Part shown: piece by piece, positions 8,379 to 18,138 of the stretch
How the letters are laid out: every line of letters begins with the position of its first letter
Position numbering within the stretch: position 1 is the first letter of the stretch
Assembly: GCA_964366055.1 (NCBI GenBank)
Contig: CAYISE010000004.1
Location: 1 to 39,048, forward strand
DNA: 39,048 bases
Source of the DNA: an uncultured Candidatus Saccharibacteria bacterium
GTDB lineage: Bacteria; Patescibacteriota; Minisyncoccia; UBA6257; GWB1-50-10
Reading direction: 5' to 3'
Program-made: the position numbers and the translations under genes
Notes under the pieces: model-generated
The model's input: the letters and a program-made list of their open reading frames with translations, nothing else
Databases searched by the model: none
What the model was told of the DNA's origin: nothing

Positions 8379-10318
8379 TGAATATTGAAAAACTTCTGAA
8401 CCCCAGTCAGTGGGAGGCGGTGAAGACGATTGAGGGGCCGGTCCTGGTGATAGCGGGGCCGGGCTCCGGGAAAACGCGGGTGATTGAATACCGCGTTTTG
8501 CATCTTATGGAAAACGGCGTGAGGCCGGAGGCTATTTTGCTTCTGACCTTCACGCGGCGGGCGGCGGCCGAGATGCTGAACCGCGCCGCCGAACACGACC
8601 CGCGCGCGCGGAAAGTGGAGGGCGGCACATTTCACTCCTTCGCTTATAAATTATTAAAACAATACGGCGCTAATCTAGGTTTACCGAAGAATCTTTTGAT
8701 TTTGGACGAGGACGACGCCCAGGAGGCGCTCGGGAAAATAGCGTCAAGAATCAATCTCACCGATGAGAATAAAAAATTTCCCCAAAAAAACACGCTCCGG
8801 AACATCATCAGCGGCGCGCTCAACAAAAATCTCTCCATAGAAGAGATATTGGAAAGGGGATATGAGCACTTGAGCCGATTTGCCGAAGATATAGAAAAAA
8901 TCAAGGAAAATTATGTCGCCTATAAAAGAGAGTCCGGCTATCTGGATTATGACGACCTTTTATTTTATTCAAGAGAACTCTTAAAAGATGAAAAAATCAG
9001 AGAGGTTCTTTCTCAAAAATATCGTTTTGTGATGGTGGACGAATACCAGGACACAAACAAACTTCAGGGCGATATCACCTATCTGCTTTCCGCCGGGCAT
9101 AAAAATGTGATGGTGGTGGGAGATGACGCTCAAAGCATCTACGGTTTTCGCGGGGCGCGCCACGAAAATATTATGAGTTTCCCGGAGCAGTTTGAGAATT
9201 GCAAAATCGTGAAATTGGAGAGCAACTACCGGAGCACGCAGGCGATTTTGGATTTGAGCAATGCCGTTCTGGAAAATATGGAAAATAAATTCAAAAAGAC
9301 CCTGCTGGCGGCTCGGGAGAGCGCCGGAGAAAAACCGAACATTATTTATTTTGGCGATGCCGAAGAAGAAGCGGCCTGGGTGAAGGAGAAAATCCATGAA
9401 TTTATTTTGAACGGCGCGCCGCCCGCGCGTCAGGCGGTGCTTTTTCGCTCCTCTTATGTCTCCATCCCGCTTCAGGCGGAACTGGCCCGCGCCGGACTGC
9501 CCTTCAAGATTTTCGGCGGATTGAAATTTTACGAAACCGCTCACGTAAAAGATGTGCTCGCGCATTTGAAAGTGCTCGCGAATTTCAAGGATGAATTGAG
9601 CTGGAGCCGGATTCTCACCTTACTGCCGGGTGTCGGCGGGAAAACCGCCGAGACGATTGCTTCTCAAATCCGCCGGGCGGGGGATTTGAACTCCGCCCTT
9701 AATGTTTTAGTTCGGTACGCGGAGGGCTATAAATATTCGCCGCATCTCGCGGAGTTGAAACAAACTCTCGCGAGGGCCGCCGTCCAAAATCTTTCCGTCG
9801 GCGGGAAATTCGGTCTCATCGCGGATTATTATCTTCCGATTCTGAAAGAAAAATTCGACGAATGGCCGAATCGGCTGAACGACTTGGAAGCGTTACGGCC
9901 AATCACCTTGAGTTACACGGACTTGAACGACCTGCTCGCCGATTTGGTGATTGAAATTCCCGAAGACAGACAACAGAATGAAAAACTACTCACCCTTTCC
10001 ACCATTCACTCGGCCAAGGGCTTGGAATGGGATGTGGTTTATCTTTTGGGCGTGATGGAGGGGGTGTTGCCGTCAAAAATAGCTTTAAAGTCGCGAGAAG
10101 AAATAGAAGAAGAGCGCCGGCTTTTCTATGTGGCGATTACTCGCGCCCGGAATAAGCTTTTTTTGCTTTTTCATCTGGCGGGAAATATGGGTCCGATGTC
10201 ATTTAATCGGCTTTCCAGATTTTTGGATGACCCGAGCGTGCTTTTGAGTGTGGAACACAAGGACTTATCAAATGGTTCAAATGATGGGATTTATGACGAG
10301 GAATCAGTGGAATATTAG
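8378..10318 (+). CDS. UvrD/PcrA-family ATP-dependent DNA helicase
   Basis: AGPGSGKT, VDEYQD, GDDAQSIYGFRGA, NYRS, TIHSAKGLEW, EERRLFYVAITRA. Confidence 0.95.
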   Translation: MNIEKLLNPSQWEAVKTIEGPVLVIAGPGSGKTRVIEYRVLHLMENGVRPEAILLLTFTRRAAAEMLNRAAEHDPRARKVEGGTFHSFAYKLLKQYGANLGLPKNLLILDEDDAQEALGKIASRINLTDENKKFPQKNTLRNIISGALNKNLSIEEILERGYEHLSRFAEDIEKIKENYVAYKRESGYLDYDDLLFYSRELLKDEKIREVLSQKYRFVMVDEYQDTNKLQGDITYLLSAGHKNVMVVGDDAQSIYGFRGARHENIMSFPEQFENCKIVKLESNYRSTQAILDLSNAVLENMENKFKKTLLAARESAGEKPNIIYFGDAEEEAAWVKEKIHEFILNGAPPARQAVLFRSSYVSIPLQAELARAGLPFKIFGGLKFYETAHVKDVLAHLKVLANFKDELSWSRILTLLPGVGGKTAETIASQIRRAGDLNSALNVLVRYAEGYKYSPHLAELKQTLARAAVQNLSVGGKFGLIADYYLPILKEKFDEWPNRLNDLEALRPITLSYTDLNDLLADLVIEIPEDRQQNEKLLTLSTIHSAKGLEWDVVYLLGVMEGVLPSKIALKSREEIEEERRLFYVAITRARNKLFLLFHLAGNMGPMSFNRLSRFLDDPSVLLSVEHKDLSNGSNDGIYDEESVEY

Positions 10319-10324
10319 GTTGTC

Positions 10325-10502
10325 GCCCCGGAAGCAAAGGTTTCTCGGAACCGGCCTCGATTTTCTCCAGCGGAAAATCGGGCCTGCGCTCTCGGCGAAA
10401 AACTTTTGCTTTGCAAAAGACCAAGCCCCCACGCCTACGCGTAGGTGTGGGGGCAAGCTTTTTCGCCTCCGAGAGCTTCCTTGAAACCCTTGCTTCCGGG
10501 GC
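10325..10502 (-). repeat. Structured repeat family, copy A, carrying a nested 32-bp palindrome insertion
   Basis: Long closing stem; (+) TCCAGCG loop hairpin; CTCTCGG...ACCAAGC...CCTCCGAGAG arm. Confidence 0.85.
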
Positions 10503-10592
10503 TAGCCCATTTTTCTAAGTTGAGTTCCGAGAGAAGTACAGGCGGGGCGAGGAGGGTTGATTTTGAAAAAATAATTCCCATAATTAAGTCGT

Positions 10593-10826
10593 ATGTCCAA
10601 AGTGACTATTTACACCACCCCGAGCTGTGTTTTCTGCAAGATGGCCAAGGCATTTTTTCAGGCGAATAAAATAGATTACGCGGAAAAGGACGTAGCCACC
10701 GACTTGCCGGCCCGGCAGGCGATGATTGAAAAATCCGGACAAATGGGCATACCGGTGATTGACGTGGATGGCAATATTATTATCGGTTTTGACAAAGAGC
10801 GCCTGACCGAACTTCTTTATCTTTAA
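10593..10826 (+). CDS. Glutaredoxin-like (NrdH/YruB) redoxin
   Basis: YTTPSCVFC, GQMGIPVI, IIGFD. Confidence 0.92.
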   Translation: MSKVTIYTTPSCVFCKMAKAFFQANKIDYAEKDVATDLPARQAMIEKSGQMGIPVIDVDGNIIIGFDKERLTELLYL

Positions 10827-10832
10827 TTCTCA

Positions 10833-11975
10833 ATGAAACGGCAAGATGTTTATCGCGGCTCTCTCGCTCTCCATAAAAGATATCGGGGCAAGCTGGAGAT
10901 AAAAAGCAAAGTGCCCTTGAGAAATAAGTCCGATCTCGCGCTGGCTTACACGCCGGGGGTGGGCGCGGTGAGTAGAGCCATCGGAAAAAATAAATCGCTC
11001 GCTAAATTTTACACTCTGAAGCACAACACGGTGGCGGTCGTATCCGACGGCTCGTCCGTTTTGGGACTGGGAAATTTGGGCGCTGCGGGGGCCATTCCGG
11101 TCATGGAGGGGAAGGCGATTTTGTTCAAAGAATTGGCTGGCGTTGACGCTTTCCCGATTTGTTTAAACACCCAGAATCCGGATGAGATCGTGGCGGCGGT
11201 GAAAAACATCGCGCCGGTTTTTGGCGGAATCAATTTAGAGGATATCGCCGCGCCCCGTTGTTTTGAAGTGGAGAGGAGATTAAAAGAAGAACTGGATATC
11301 CCCGTGATGCACGATGACCAGCACGGAACGGCGACGGTGGTGCTGGCCGCGCTCATCAACGCTTTGAAATTACGCGGCTCAAAAAAAGAAAAAGTGAAAG
11401 TCGCGGTTAACGGCGCCGGGGCGGCCGGCAACGCGATTACTCAACTGCTCCTCAAATTCGGTTTTAAAAATATTATCGTGGTGGATTCTCGCGGAGCCAT
11501 CTATGAAGGGCGGAGTCACTTGGACCAGTATAAAAAAGTATTGGCGAAACGCACGAACGCGGAAAAAATTAAAGGCGATTTGAGCGGATGTCTAAAGGGA
11601 AGGGATATTTTTATCGGAGTAAGCCGCGCTGGTCTTTTAAAGCCGGGGATGATTGAAAAAATGAATGCCAAACCGGTCATTTTAGCTTTGGCCAATCCCG
11701 TGCCGGAAATAATGCCGGCTTTGGCCAAAAAGGCCGGCGCTTTCATCGTGGCCACGGGCCGCTCGGATTTTCCGAATCAAATTAATAATGTTCTGGTTTT
11801 CCCCGGGGTTTTTCGGGGCGCTTTGGATAACGGCGTGAAACAAATCACCGACAGAATGCTCATTAAAGCCGCTCAAAATCTGGCCGCCGCGACAAAAAAT
11901 TTGAATCCGAATAAAATTTTACCCGATATTTTTGACAAACTCGTTGTCAAAGCCATCGCTCGCGCGGTAAAATAG
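10833..11975 (+). CDS. NAD(P)-dependent malic enzyme
   Basis: LAYTPGV, PVMEGKA, INLEDI, HDDQHGT, GAGAAG, TGRSDFPNQINN. Confidence 0.95.
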   Translation: MKRQDVYRGSLALHKRYRGKLEIKSKVPLRNKSDLALAYTPGVGAVSRAIGKNKSLAKFYTLKHNTVAVVSDGSSVLGLGNLGAAGAIPVMEGKAILFKELAGVDAFPICLNTQNPDEIVAAVKNIAPVFGGINLEDIAAPRCFEVERRLKEELDIPVMHDDQHGTATVVLAALINALKLRGSKKEKVKVAVNGAGAAGNAITQLLLKFGFKNIIVVDSRGAIYEGRSHLDQYKKVLAKRTNAEKIKGDLSGCLKGRDIFIGVSRAGLLKPGMIEKMNAKPVILALANPVPEIMPALAKKAGAFIVATGRSDFPNQINNVLVFPGVFRGALDNGVKQITDRMLIKAAQNLAAATKNLNPNKILPDIFDKLVVKAIARAVK

Positions 11976-11990
11976 AGATTGATTTCACGA

Positions 11991-13439
11991 TTATGAGGTT
12001 TTCTTTGTTTTGTTCACGCGCAATTTTAACCAGTTGTTTTCCAATCTTCCCTCAAAATCCGGCGGCAATTTGCCGCGGAAAGGCGCGAAGATTTTCACCC
12101 AATTGCCGATATGAGCGACCTGGAAGTTAATTCCCGTTCTTCTCCCGTAATGCTCAACTTTCCCCAAAAGTTCCGAGGCGTTTTCTCTTTTCACATAGGC
12201 CAAGAATGAACCGTCGCTCACCTCAAGGTAAGCGTGTTTTGGCTTCCAGAGCGGTTCCCCAGTCTCCTGGTCTCTCGGCGCTTCGGCGGCGATGGCCGGC
12301 AATTGGCCGGGCAGTCGTCCGGGCGCCCCGTTTTTCCACCGGGTGGAGGGGTTTTTGATATAGATTACCCCGCTGGTTGACCTGCCTCCCAGTTCGGCGT
12401 GAAAAACATTCGTCTCGCTTTTCAGGAAAACTCGGGAACCGCGGATGTTTTCTGTTTGTTTTTTCATCGCGCTCTCCAAATCGTGTTTTCGGATAAACTC
12501 ATCCGATAACGGTTCACGCGCTTTTTGTTCCACAATTTCTTTCACGATTTTTCTGGTTTCGCCGAAATCGGACCAATTGATTTTTGCTTCTTTTAGGAAA
12601 TCGCTCATGACGCTCAAAACCTGCTCGTGATTCAGGAGGCGGTTGATTTTGAAGAAGTTTATTTTTGATTCATCAAAGAAATTTTCGACGGTCGGCTCCA
12701 GCCATTCATTCCGTTCAATAACGTCGGCAAAAAGAACCGCGCCCATCAACTCCATTTTTTTCCGGTCTTCCAATTTGTCAAAGAACCCCGCTTTGGTGAG
12801 AATTTCGTACAAAATTGCCGTGGGACCGGATTCCATCTCCCGCGCTTCCCGGCCGTTTCTTCTCCCCGCGGCGGCGTACTTCTTTTTTTCTGCTTCACTC
12901 ACGCAGAGTTTAAGTCCGTTGGCGAGCTGCTCCTTCGGGATTTGGTTTTCTTTTCCGATTTCAAAGAATTCAATCCGGCTGTTTTGGATGAGCCCCGATT
13001 CTTCCAGAAGCATTATTTGGGTTTCGTAGCCGAGCCCCCGCGGCGGCGCAATTTTTGTCTCCCGGCTTTGGTAATCGTAACTGATGTAGCCGGGAATCAG
13101 GAATGTCCGGTAGTGTTTTTCCAGGGCCTTCCTCAAAAATCCTTTTAATTCTTCTTTATCCTCGTATTGGCCGATACCCGCCTCTCCTTTGAGCCAGGCA
13201 TTCTCGTAAAGCGGGTCAATAATCTCGCCCTTGAGGCCGGTTAAAAGATTGGCGGACGATTTATCGTCCAATTTTTTCTCCACGCCCTTCTCAATATTTT
13301 TCAAAACCATTTCATCTACCCGTTCCAGCGCTTCGCTCGCGATAATGTTCTCTTTCTCTTCCGGCGGATAATTTTGATTTTTTTCAAAGCGATTATTTGC
13401 CATTAATTTAATCATTGTCTCTTTCCGAAATATCGTCAA
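11991..13439 (-). CDS. Hypothetical protein (up to 482 aa; start uncertain)
   Basis: Long uninterrupted ORF with host-like charged composition; no recognised family. Confidence 0.75.
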   Translation of the reverse strand: MTIFRKETMIKLMANNRFEKNQNYPPEEKENIIASEALERVDEMVLKNIEKGVEKKLDDKSSANLLTGLKGEIIDPLYENAWLKGEAGIGQYEDKEELKGFLRKALEKHYRTFLIPGYISYDYQSRETKIAPPRGLGYETQIMLLEESGLIQNSRIEFFEIGKENQIPKEQLANGLKLCVSEAEKKKYAAAGRRNGREAREMESGPTAILYEILTKAGFFDKLEDRKKMELMGAVLFADVIERNEWLEPTVENFFDESKINFFKINRLLNHEQVLSVMSDFLKEAKINWSDFGETRKIVKEIVEQKAREPLSDEFIRKHDLESAMKKQTENIRGSRVFLKSETNVFHAELGGRSTSGVIYIKNPSTRWKNGAPGRLPGQLPAIAAEAPRDQETGEPLWKPKHAYLEVSDGSFLAYVKRENASELLGKVEHYGRRTGINFQVAHIGNWVKIFAPFRGKLPPDFEGRLENNWLKLRVNKTKKTS

Positions 13440-13502
13440 TCCTGCCGGCAGATTATAACCAATCCTGATTTACAGAGAAAACCCGCTGTCAAAAACTCAC
13501 TC

Positions 13503-13643
13503 GCCCTGCCACAACGCTATTCAGGCACCGGCGGTTCGTTTGCTCCAGCGGCAAACGACCGCCTACACTCTCGGTTCAAAAACCCTTCGAGTACCGATCT
13601 TTTGAACCTCCGAGAGTTGCCTGAACAGCGCTACGGCAGGGCA
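13503..13643 (-). repeat. Structured repeat family, copy B
   Basis: 25-bp closing stem whose four + strand mismatches are all A-C (G-U on minus); TCCAGCG loop; CTCTCGG/CCTCCGAGAG arm. Confidence 0.85.
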
Positions 13644-13732
13644 CCATACCCGTTTGGCCTCGCTCATCTGAAAAGTATAGTTTGTCAGATACCCTTGTGG
13701 TAGAATTCAAGCAAAGGTCATTTTAAACCGCC

Positions 13733-13954
13733 ATGCTTAATTTTTTTCAAGGAGACCAGTGGCTGATATTTATACTTGTTCTGTGGACTTTGCCGTGGAA
13801 AGGGGTGGCGCTTTGGAAGTCGGCGCGGTTGTCTCACAAGAAATGGTTTGTCGCTTTGCTCATCTTAAACACCGTCGGGATTCTGGAAATTCTGTACATT
13901 TTCGTATTTTCAAAGAAGGGGAAGCAGATTTTGGCGGAGAAAGACAATAAATAA
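13733..13954 (+). CDS. Small membrane protein, DUF5652-like
   Basis: WTLPWKGVALWKSA...WF...NTVGILEILY. Confidence 0.85.
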   Translation: MLNFFQGDQWLIFILVLWTLPWKGVALWKSARLSHKKWFVALLILNTVGILEILYIFVFSKKGKQILAEKDNK

Positions 13955-14706
13955 TGCCGAGTTTTAAAAACGGCCGGCGGGCCAGAAATATTTTTGACCC
14001 CGCTTCCGAAGAACCCTTCAAGGTAAGCCGTTCCAAGCTGGAACTTTTTTTGGGGTGTCCCCGGTGTTTTTATTTAGACCGCCGGCTGGGCGTCGGCCGG
14101 CCATCCATGCCCGGTTTCACTCTGAACACCGCGGTGGACAATCTTTTGAAAAAAGAATTTGATATTCACCGGGCCGCAGGTTCAAGTCATCCCCTAATGA
14201 AGGCCTACAAGATAGATGCGGTGCCGTTTCGGCATGAGATGATTAACGAATGGCGGGAAAATTTCAAAGGTATCCAGTATCTCCATCGGCCGACCAATTT
14301 CATAATCACCGGCGCGGTGGACGATATTTGGGTGAATCCGAACGGGGAATTGATTGTGGTGGATTACAAGGCGACGAGCACCGCCGGCGAGTTGACTTTG
14401 GATACCGAATACCGACAGGATTACAAGCGCCAGCTGGAAATTTATCAGTGGCTTCTGAAGGAGAGCGGCTTCAGGGTTTCCGAGATGAGTTACATTGTTT
14501 ACGCGAACGGCGACAAAGACAAGAAGGCCTTTGACGGAAAGCTGGAATTCAACATCGTGGTTTTGCCGCACCGGGGCGACACGGCGTGGATAGAAGGAGC
14601 GATTTTGAGCACCAAGGAATGTTTAATGGGCGAACTGCCCGCGGCCGCTCCCGATTGCGAATATTGCCTTTATCGGAAAGCCGCCGCCGCGCACGAGAAG
14701 AAATAA
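13954..14706 (+). CDS. PD-(D/E)XK nuclease, RecB/AddB-like
   Basis: CPRCFY, GAVDDIW, VDYKAT, QLEIY, C-terminal CEYC. Confidence 0.88.
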   Translation: MPSFKNGRRARNIFDPASEEPFKVSRSKLELFLGCPRCFYLDRRLGVGRPSMPGFTLNTAVDNLLKKEFDIHRAAGSSHPLMKAYKIDAVPFRHEMINEWRENFKGIQYLHRPTNFIITGAVDDIWVNPNGELIVVDYKATSTAGELTLDTEYRQDYKRQLEIYQWLLKESGFRVSEMSYIVYANGDKDKKAFDGKLEFNIVVLPHRGDTAWIEGAILSTKECLMGELPAAAPDCEYCLYRKAAAAHEKK

Positions 14707-14836
14707 ACTAGAGAATAAGAGTTTTTTGGCGCTAGAGATTTTTCACCGGTATTATGTATAATACCGATATATTTTTTCCGAGTATTCTTTGAAAGTATTT
14801 TATTTCCAGGTGGTATAATCAATTATACCACCTATA

Positions 14837-14865
14837 TTGACTTTTACGATAGCTAGTGCTATATT
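14837..14865 (+). promoter_or_regulatory. Sigma70-type promoter
   Basis: TTGACT-N17-TATATT. Confidence 0.55.
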
Positions 14866-14890
14866 CTCTTCTAGAAGATTCCAATTTTCG

Positions 14891-14919
14891 CTCCGTTTGG
14901 GAAACCAAACGGAGTTTTT
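14891..14919 (+). terminator. Intrinsic terminator
   Basis: CTCCGTTTGG-GAAA-CCAAACGGAG followed by TTTTT. Confidence 0.65.
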
Positions 14920-15204
14920 GTTATAATAAAAAGTGAAATTTATTAGGGAGTCCGACTTCCTAATTTCCTAATTAGACCAGTGAGCATTTAATCATCCGAC
15001 CGCCGCCTAATATCCAAGCACTTCAATTAATTGAAGTGCCTTAATCAACCAAAGCGCTTTACGGAGTTCAACTCCGTAAGAAAATCCAACACTGGAATCA
15101 ATCCTTATGTAGGGCTTTTAAAACATGGGAATACGCATAAATTAAGAAAAATGGTTTGTAAAGCGCATCTTATATCAGGTGAAACAAACGGCTATAATAG
15201 ATGA

Positions 15205-16854
15205 ATGATTCTGTTCGAAGAACTTAAAGGAGTAACGGAAGGAGAGGTGGCGGCGGATGAAGCGACGTTGAAGTTCTTCAGCCGCGACACGAGCTTGTTT
15301 GAAGTGAAGCCGGCGGCCGTGGTTTTCCCGAAAAATGTCGCGGACATTAAAAATCTTGTAAATCACATTTCTGAAAAAAAGCGAGAAAATCCGGCTTCAA
15401 ACATTTCTCTGACCGCCCGCTCGGCCGGGACGGATATGACGGGCGGGCCCTTAACCGAATCAATCGTTTTGAACTTCACTAGATATTTTAACCGCGTTAA
15501 AGAGGTGACGGAGGACTATGCGGTCGCGGAGCCGGGCGTTTTTTACCGCGATTTTGAAAAGGAGACCCTGAAGAAAAACGCCTATCTTCCCTCCTACCCC
15601 GCTTCGCGGGAGATTTGCGCCCTGGGCGGAATGGTGGCCAATAACTCCGGCGGGGAGAAGTCCTTGATTTACGGGAAAACGGAGGATTATGTTTCGGAGC
15701 TGAAGGTTGTTTTGGGCGACGGGAACGAATATGTTTTGAAACCGCTCAACCCGGAAGAACTTAAAGAAAAATTGGCGCTTCGGAATTTTGAGGGCGAGGT
15801 ATACCGGCGGACGCGCAAACTTCTGGAAGACAATTATGATTTGGCCCGGTTGGCTAAGCCGCTGGTTTCAAAAAATTCCGCCGGCTACGATATTTGGAAT
15901 ATCTGGGATGGAAAAACCTTTGACCTGACGAAACTTTTCGTGGGGTCCCAGGGAACGTTGGGGATTGTGACCGAAGCCAAATTCAAACTCGTGAAGACCA
16001 AACCCTTTTCCGGCATGTTCGTCGTTTTTCTGAATGATTTGAAGCCGACGGCCGAGATTGTGAATATGATTTTACCCTTAAAGCCGATGAGTTTGGAGTC
16101 ATTTGACGATTATACTTTCAAACTGGCGCTGAAATTTTTCTACGGTTTTTTCAAACTTTTCGCCCGGAATCCGTTTTCCCTGTTTTTCGGTTTTCTGCCG
16201 GAGTTTTGGCTGGCGCTCACGCGCGGTTTGCCGAGAATCACGATTCTCGCGGAGTTTGAAGAAGAAACCCAAACAGCGGTGGAGGAAAAGTTAAAGCAAT
16301 TGGAAGATAAATTGAAGCCGCTGCATCTCATCCGCCGCATCGCTCACACGGCGAAGGCCGAAAAGAAGTACTGGATTATCCGCCGCGAAAGTTTTAACCT
16401 GCTGCGTCAAAGAGCGCGGGGAATGCGCACGGCGCCCTTCGTGGACGACGTCATTGTTGACCCGAAGTATCTGCTGGAATTTTTGCCGAAGGTTTACGAA
16501 ATTCTGGATAGGTACCGATTGCTCTACACGATTGCCGGCCACGTCGGGAACGGTAATTTTCATATTATTCCTTTGATGAATCTAGACGAGGAAAGCGAGC
16601 GGGCCAAAATTCCTAAAGCGATGGAAGAGGTTTTCTCGCTGGTTTTAAATTATCACGGCTCCATTACCGCCGAACATAACGACGGTTTGGTTCGGAGCCA
16701 TTATCTGGAGCGGATGTACGGCCCGAAGGTCTATGGATTGTTTAAGGAAATAAAAAACATTTTTGACCCGTTGAACATTTTCAATCCCGGTAAAAAAGTG
16801 AACGCGGATTTTGATTACGCTTTGAGACACATAAAACAAGGAGAGCCGCAATGA
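15205..16854 (+). CDS. FAD-binding oxidoreductase (D-lactate dehydrogenase/GlcD family)
   Basis: RSAGTDMTGG, GGMVANNSGG, GSQGTLGI, GHVGNGNFH, AEHNDG, FDPLNIFNPGK. Confidence 0.9.
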   Translation: MILFEELKGVTEGEVAADEATLKFFSRDTSLFEVKPAAVVFPKNVADIKNLVNHISEKKRENPASNISLTARSAGTDMTGGPLTESIVLNFTRYFNRVKEVTEDYAVAEPGVFYRDFEKETLKKNAYLPSYPASREICALGGMVANNSGGEKSLIYGKTEDYVSELKVVLGDGNEYVLKPLNPEELKEKLALRNFEGEVYRRTRKLLEDNYDLARLAKPLVSKNSAGYDIWNIWDGKTFDLTKLFVGSQGTLGIVTEAKFKLVKTKPFSGMFVVFLNDLKPTAEIVNMILPLKPMSLESFDDYTFKLALKFFYGFFKLFARNPFSLFFGFLPEFWLALTRGLPRITILAEFEEETQTAVEEKLKQLEDKLKPLHLIRRIAHTAKAEKKYWIIRRESFNLLRQRARGMRTAPFVDDVIVDPKYLLEFLPKVYEILDRYRLLYTIAGHVGNGNFHIIPLMNLDEESERAKIPKAMEEVFSLVLNYHGSITAEHNDGLVRSHYLERMYGPKVYGLFKEIKNIFDPLNIFNPGKKVNADFDYALRHIKQGEPQ

Positions 16855-17717
16855 ATAAGTTCATATTCATATTCTCGTTTTTGGGGGCGGTTTTGTTTGC
16901 GGGGCGGGCGTTCGCGGCCGAGCCGCCGGTTATATTTTCCAACGCGCTTCTTTTTCAGGGGGACATATTGGTTGCCGTTGTCTCGGACAAAAACGCCGTT
17001 CCCGCAAGCGCTTCGTTGGATAACCGAGATATTTCGGTGTTCAACTACGACAATTCGTACCGAATCGTCGGGGCGATACAAGCGAATGAACGGGTTGGAT
17101 ATCACGATTTTTCGGTGAAATTCGCCGACGGCGCCGTGTTTCAAAAGAAAATCTACATTCGGGCGCGGAAATTCCCCGTGGTGGATTTGGGAGTGCCGGA
17201 AAAACTGGGCGTGACGGCGGAAGAACTCGCGCGAAATCTGGAGAAAGAAAAGTCGGATTTGAACTCCATCGTCGCCGTGAAAACCGCCAACATATTCTTC
17301 TCGCGGAATTTCGGCTTGCCGCTTGCGAACAACAGCCGCATCGCGGCGCCTTACGGGGAAATCAGAAAAAGCGGCGGACAATTAATCCGGCATCTCGGAG
17401 TTGATTTCGGCGCGCCGAAGGGCAGCGCGGTCGCGGCCATTAATGACGGTATCGTGAAAAAAGCGGGCGATGACCCCATTTACGGCAATACGGTAATAGT
17501 GGACCACGGCGCGGGGATTTTTTCGCTCTATATGCATTTGGACTCAATCAAAGCGAAGGTCGGTCAGCCGGTGAAATATGGACAGGTGGTCGGCACGGTC
17601 GGGGAGACGGGCTACGCCACCGGGTCGCATCTCCATCTCTCCATAAAAATCAATACGGTGTCCGTTGATCCAATAAGGTTTGTGAAGATTTTAAAATTAC
17701 GGAGTTCAACTCCGTAG
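16851..17717 (+). CDS. M23-family metallopeptidase, secreted
   Basis: Signal peptide; HLGVD, YMHL, HLH motifs; last codons and stop fall inside a 21-bp palindrome. Confidence 0.92.
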   Translation: MNKFIFIFSFLGAVLFAGRAFAAEPPVIFSNALLFQGDILVAVVSDKNAVPASASLDNRDISVFNYDNSYRIVGAIQANERVGYHDFSVKFADGAVFQKKIYIRARKFPVVDLGVPEKLGVTAEELARNLEKEKSDLNSIVAVKTANIFFSRNFGLPLANNSRIAAPYGEIRKSGGQLIRHLGVDFGAPKGSAVAAINDGIVKKAGDDPIYGNTVIVDHGAGIFSLYMHLDSIKAKVGQPVKYGQVVGTVGETGYATGSHLHLSIKINTVSVDPIRFVKILKLRSSTP

Positions 17718-17729
17718 GAAACCTTGCGC

Positions 17730-17758
17730 TTGCGTTTTTTTTAAGAAAGGGGTAGAAT
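17730..17758 (+). promoter_or_regulatory. Sigma70-type promoter
   Basis: TTGCGT-N17-TAGAAT upstream of the 76-aa ORF. Confidence 0.55.
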
Positions 17759-17830
17759 TAAATAGGTTCTTTAGGAAGGGTTTGTTCATGCTTAAATAAT
17801 TTTTTCAACCCTTTTCCCCTGGAGGGAATA

Positions 17831-18061
17831 ATGCGCACAATGCTCTACCCCAGTTATTTCTGTGAGGACGTCACGGGTCGGATATTGGTAAACCCGACGT
17901 CGGACGATTTTTTTCCGGAGGTTTTTACAAAACCACCGGTTAAAAAATTCCCCAGGCCTCCGGAGTTTTCAGAATCGGAGGTGATTGTAATAAGTGCGGA
18001 AGAGAGGTTTGATGGGCCGAACAAGGCGGGAAGGAAATTTTTCGGGAGAAGAGTGAAATAG
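17831..18061 (+). CDS. Small hypothetical protein
   Basis: Own promoter, GGAGGG before the ATG, downstream hairpin. Confidence 0.55.
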   Translation: MRTMLYPSYFCEDVTGRILVNPTSDDFFPEVFTKPPVKKFPRPPEFSESEVIVISAEERFDGPNKAGRKFFGRRVK

Positions 18062-18066
18062 TTTCT

Positions 18067-18096
18067 AAGCCGAGTCCCAATATAGTGACTCGGCTT
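18067..18096. terminator. Hairpin, possible terminator
   Basis: AAGCCGAGTC-N10-GACTCGGCTT right after the stop; no clear U tract. Confidence 0.4.
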
Positions 18097-18138
18097 CAAA
18101 TTTGATTTCGTATTTGCCCTATTATACACTAGTGGAAA

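Larger units (their letters stand above)
14808..15079. repeat. Intergenic cluster of short palindromes
   Basis: 14808-14833, 14943-14963 TTAGGGAGTCCGACTTCCTAA, 15018-15039 GCACTTCAATTAATTGAAGTGC, 15059-15079 TTACGGAGTTCAACTCCGTAA. Confidence 0.8.

Noticed and set aside
13954-14706. Cas4 or a CRISPR system
   Set aside because: No cas1/cas2 and no array; nearby palindromes are heterogeneous and irregularly spaced
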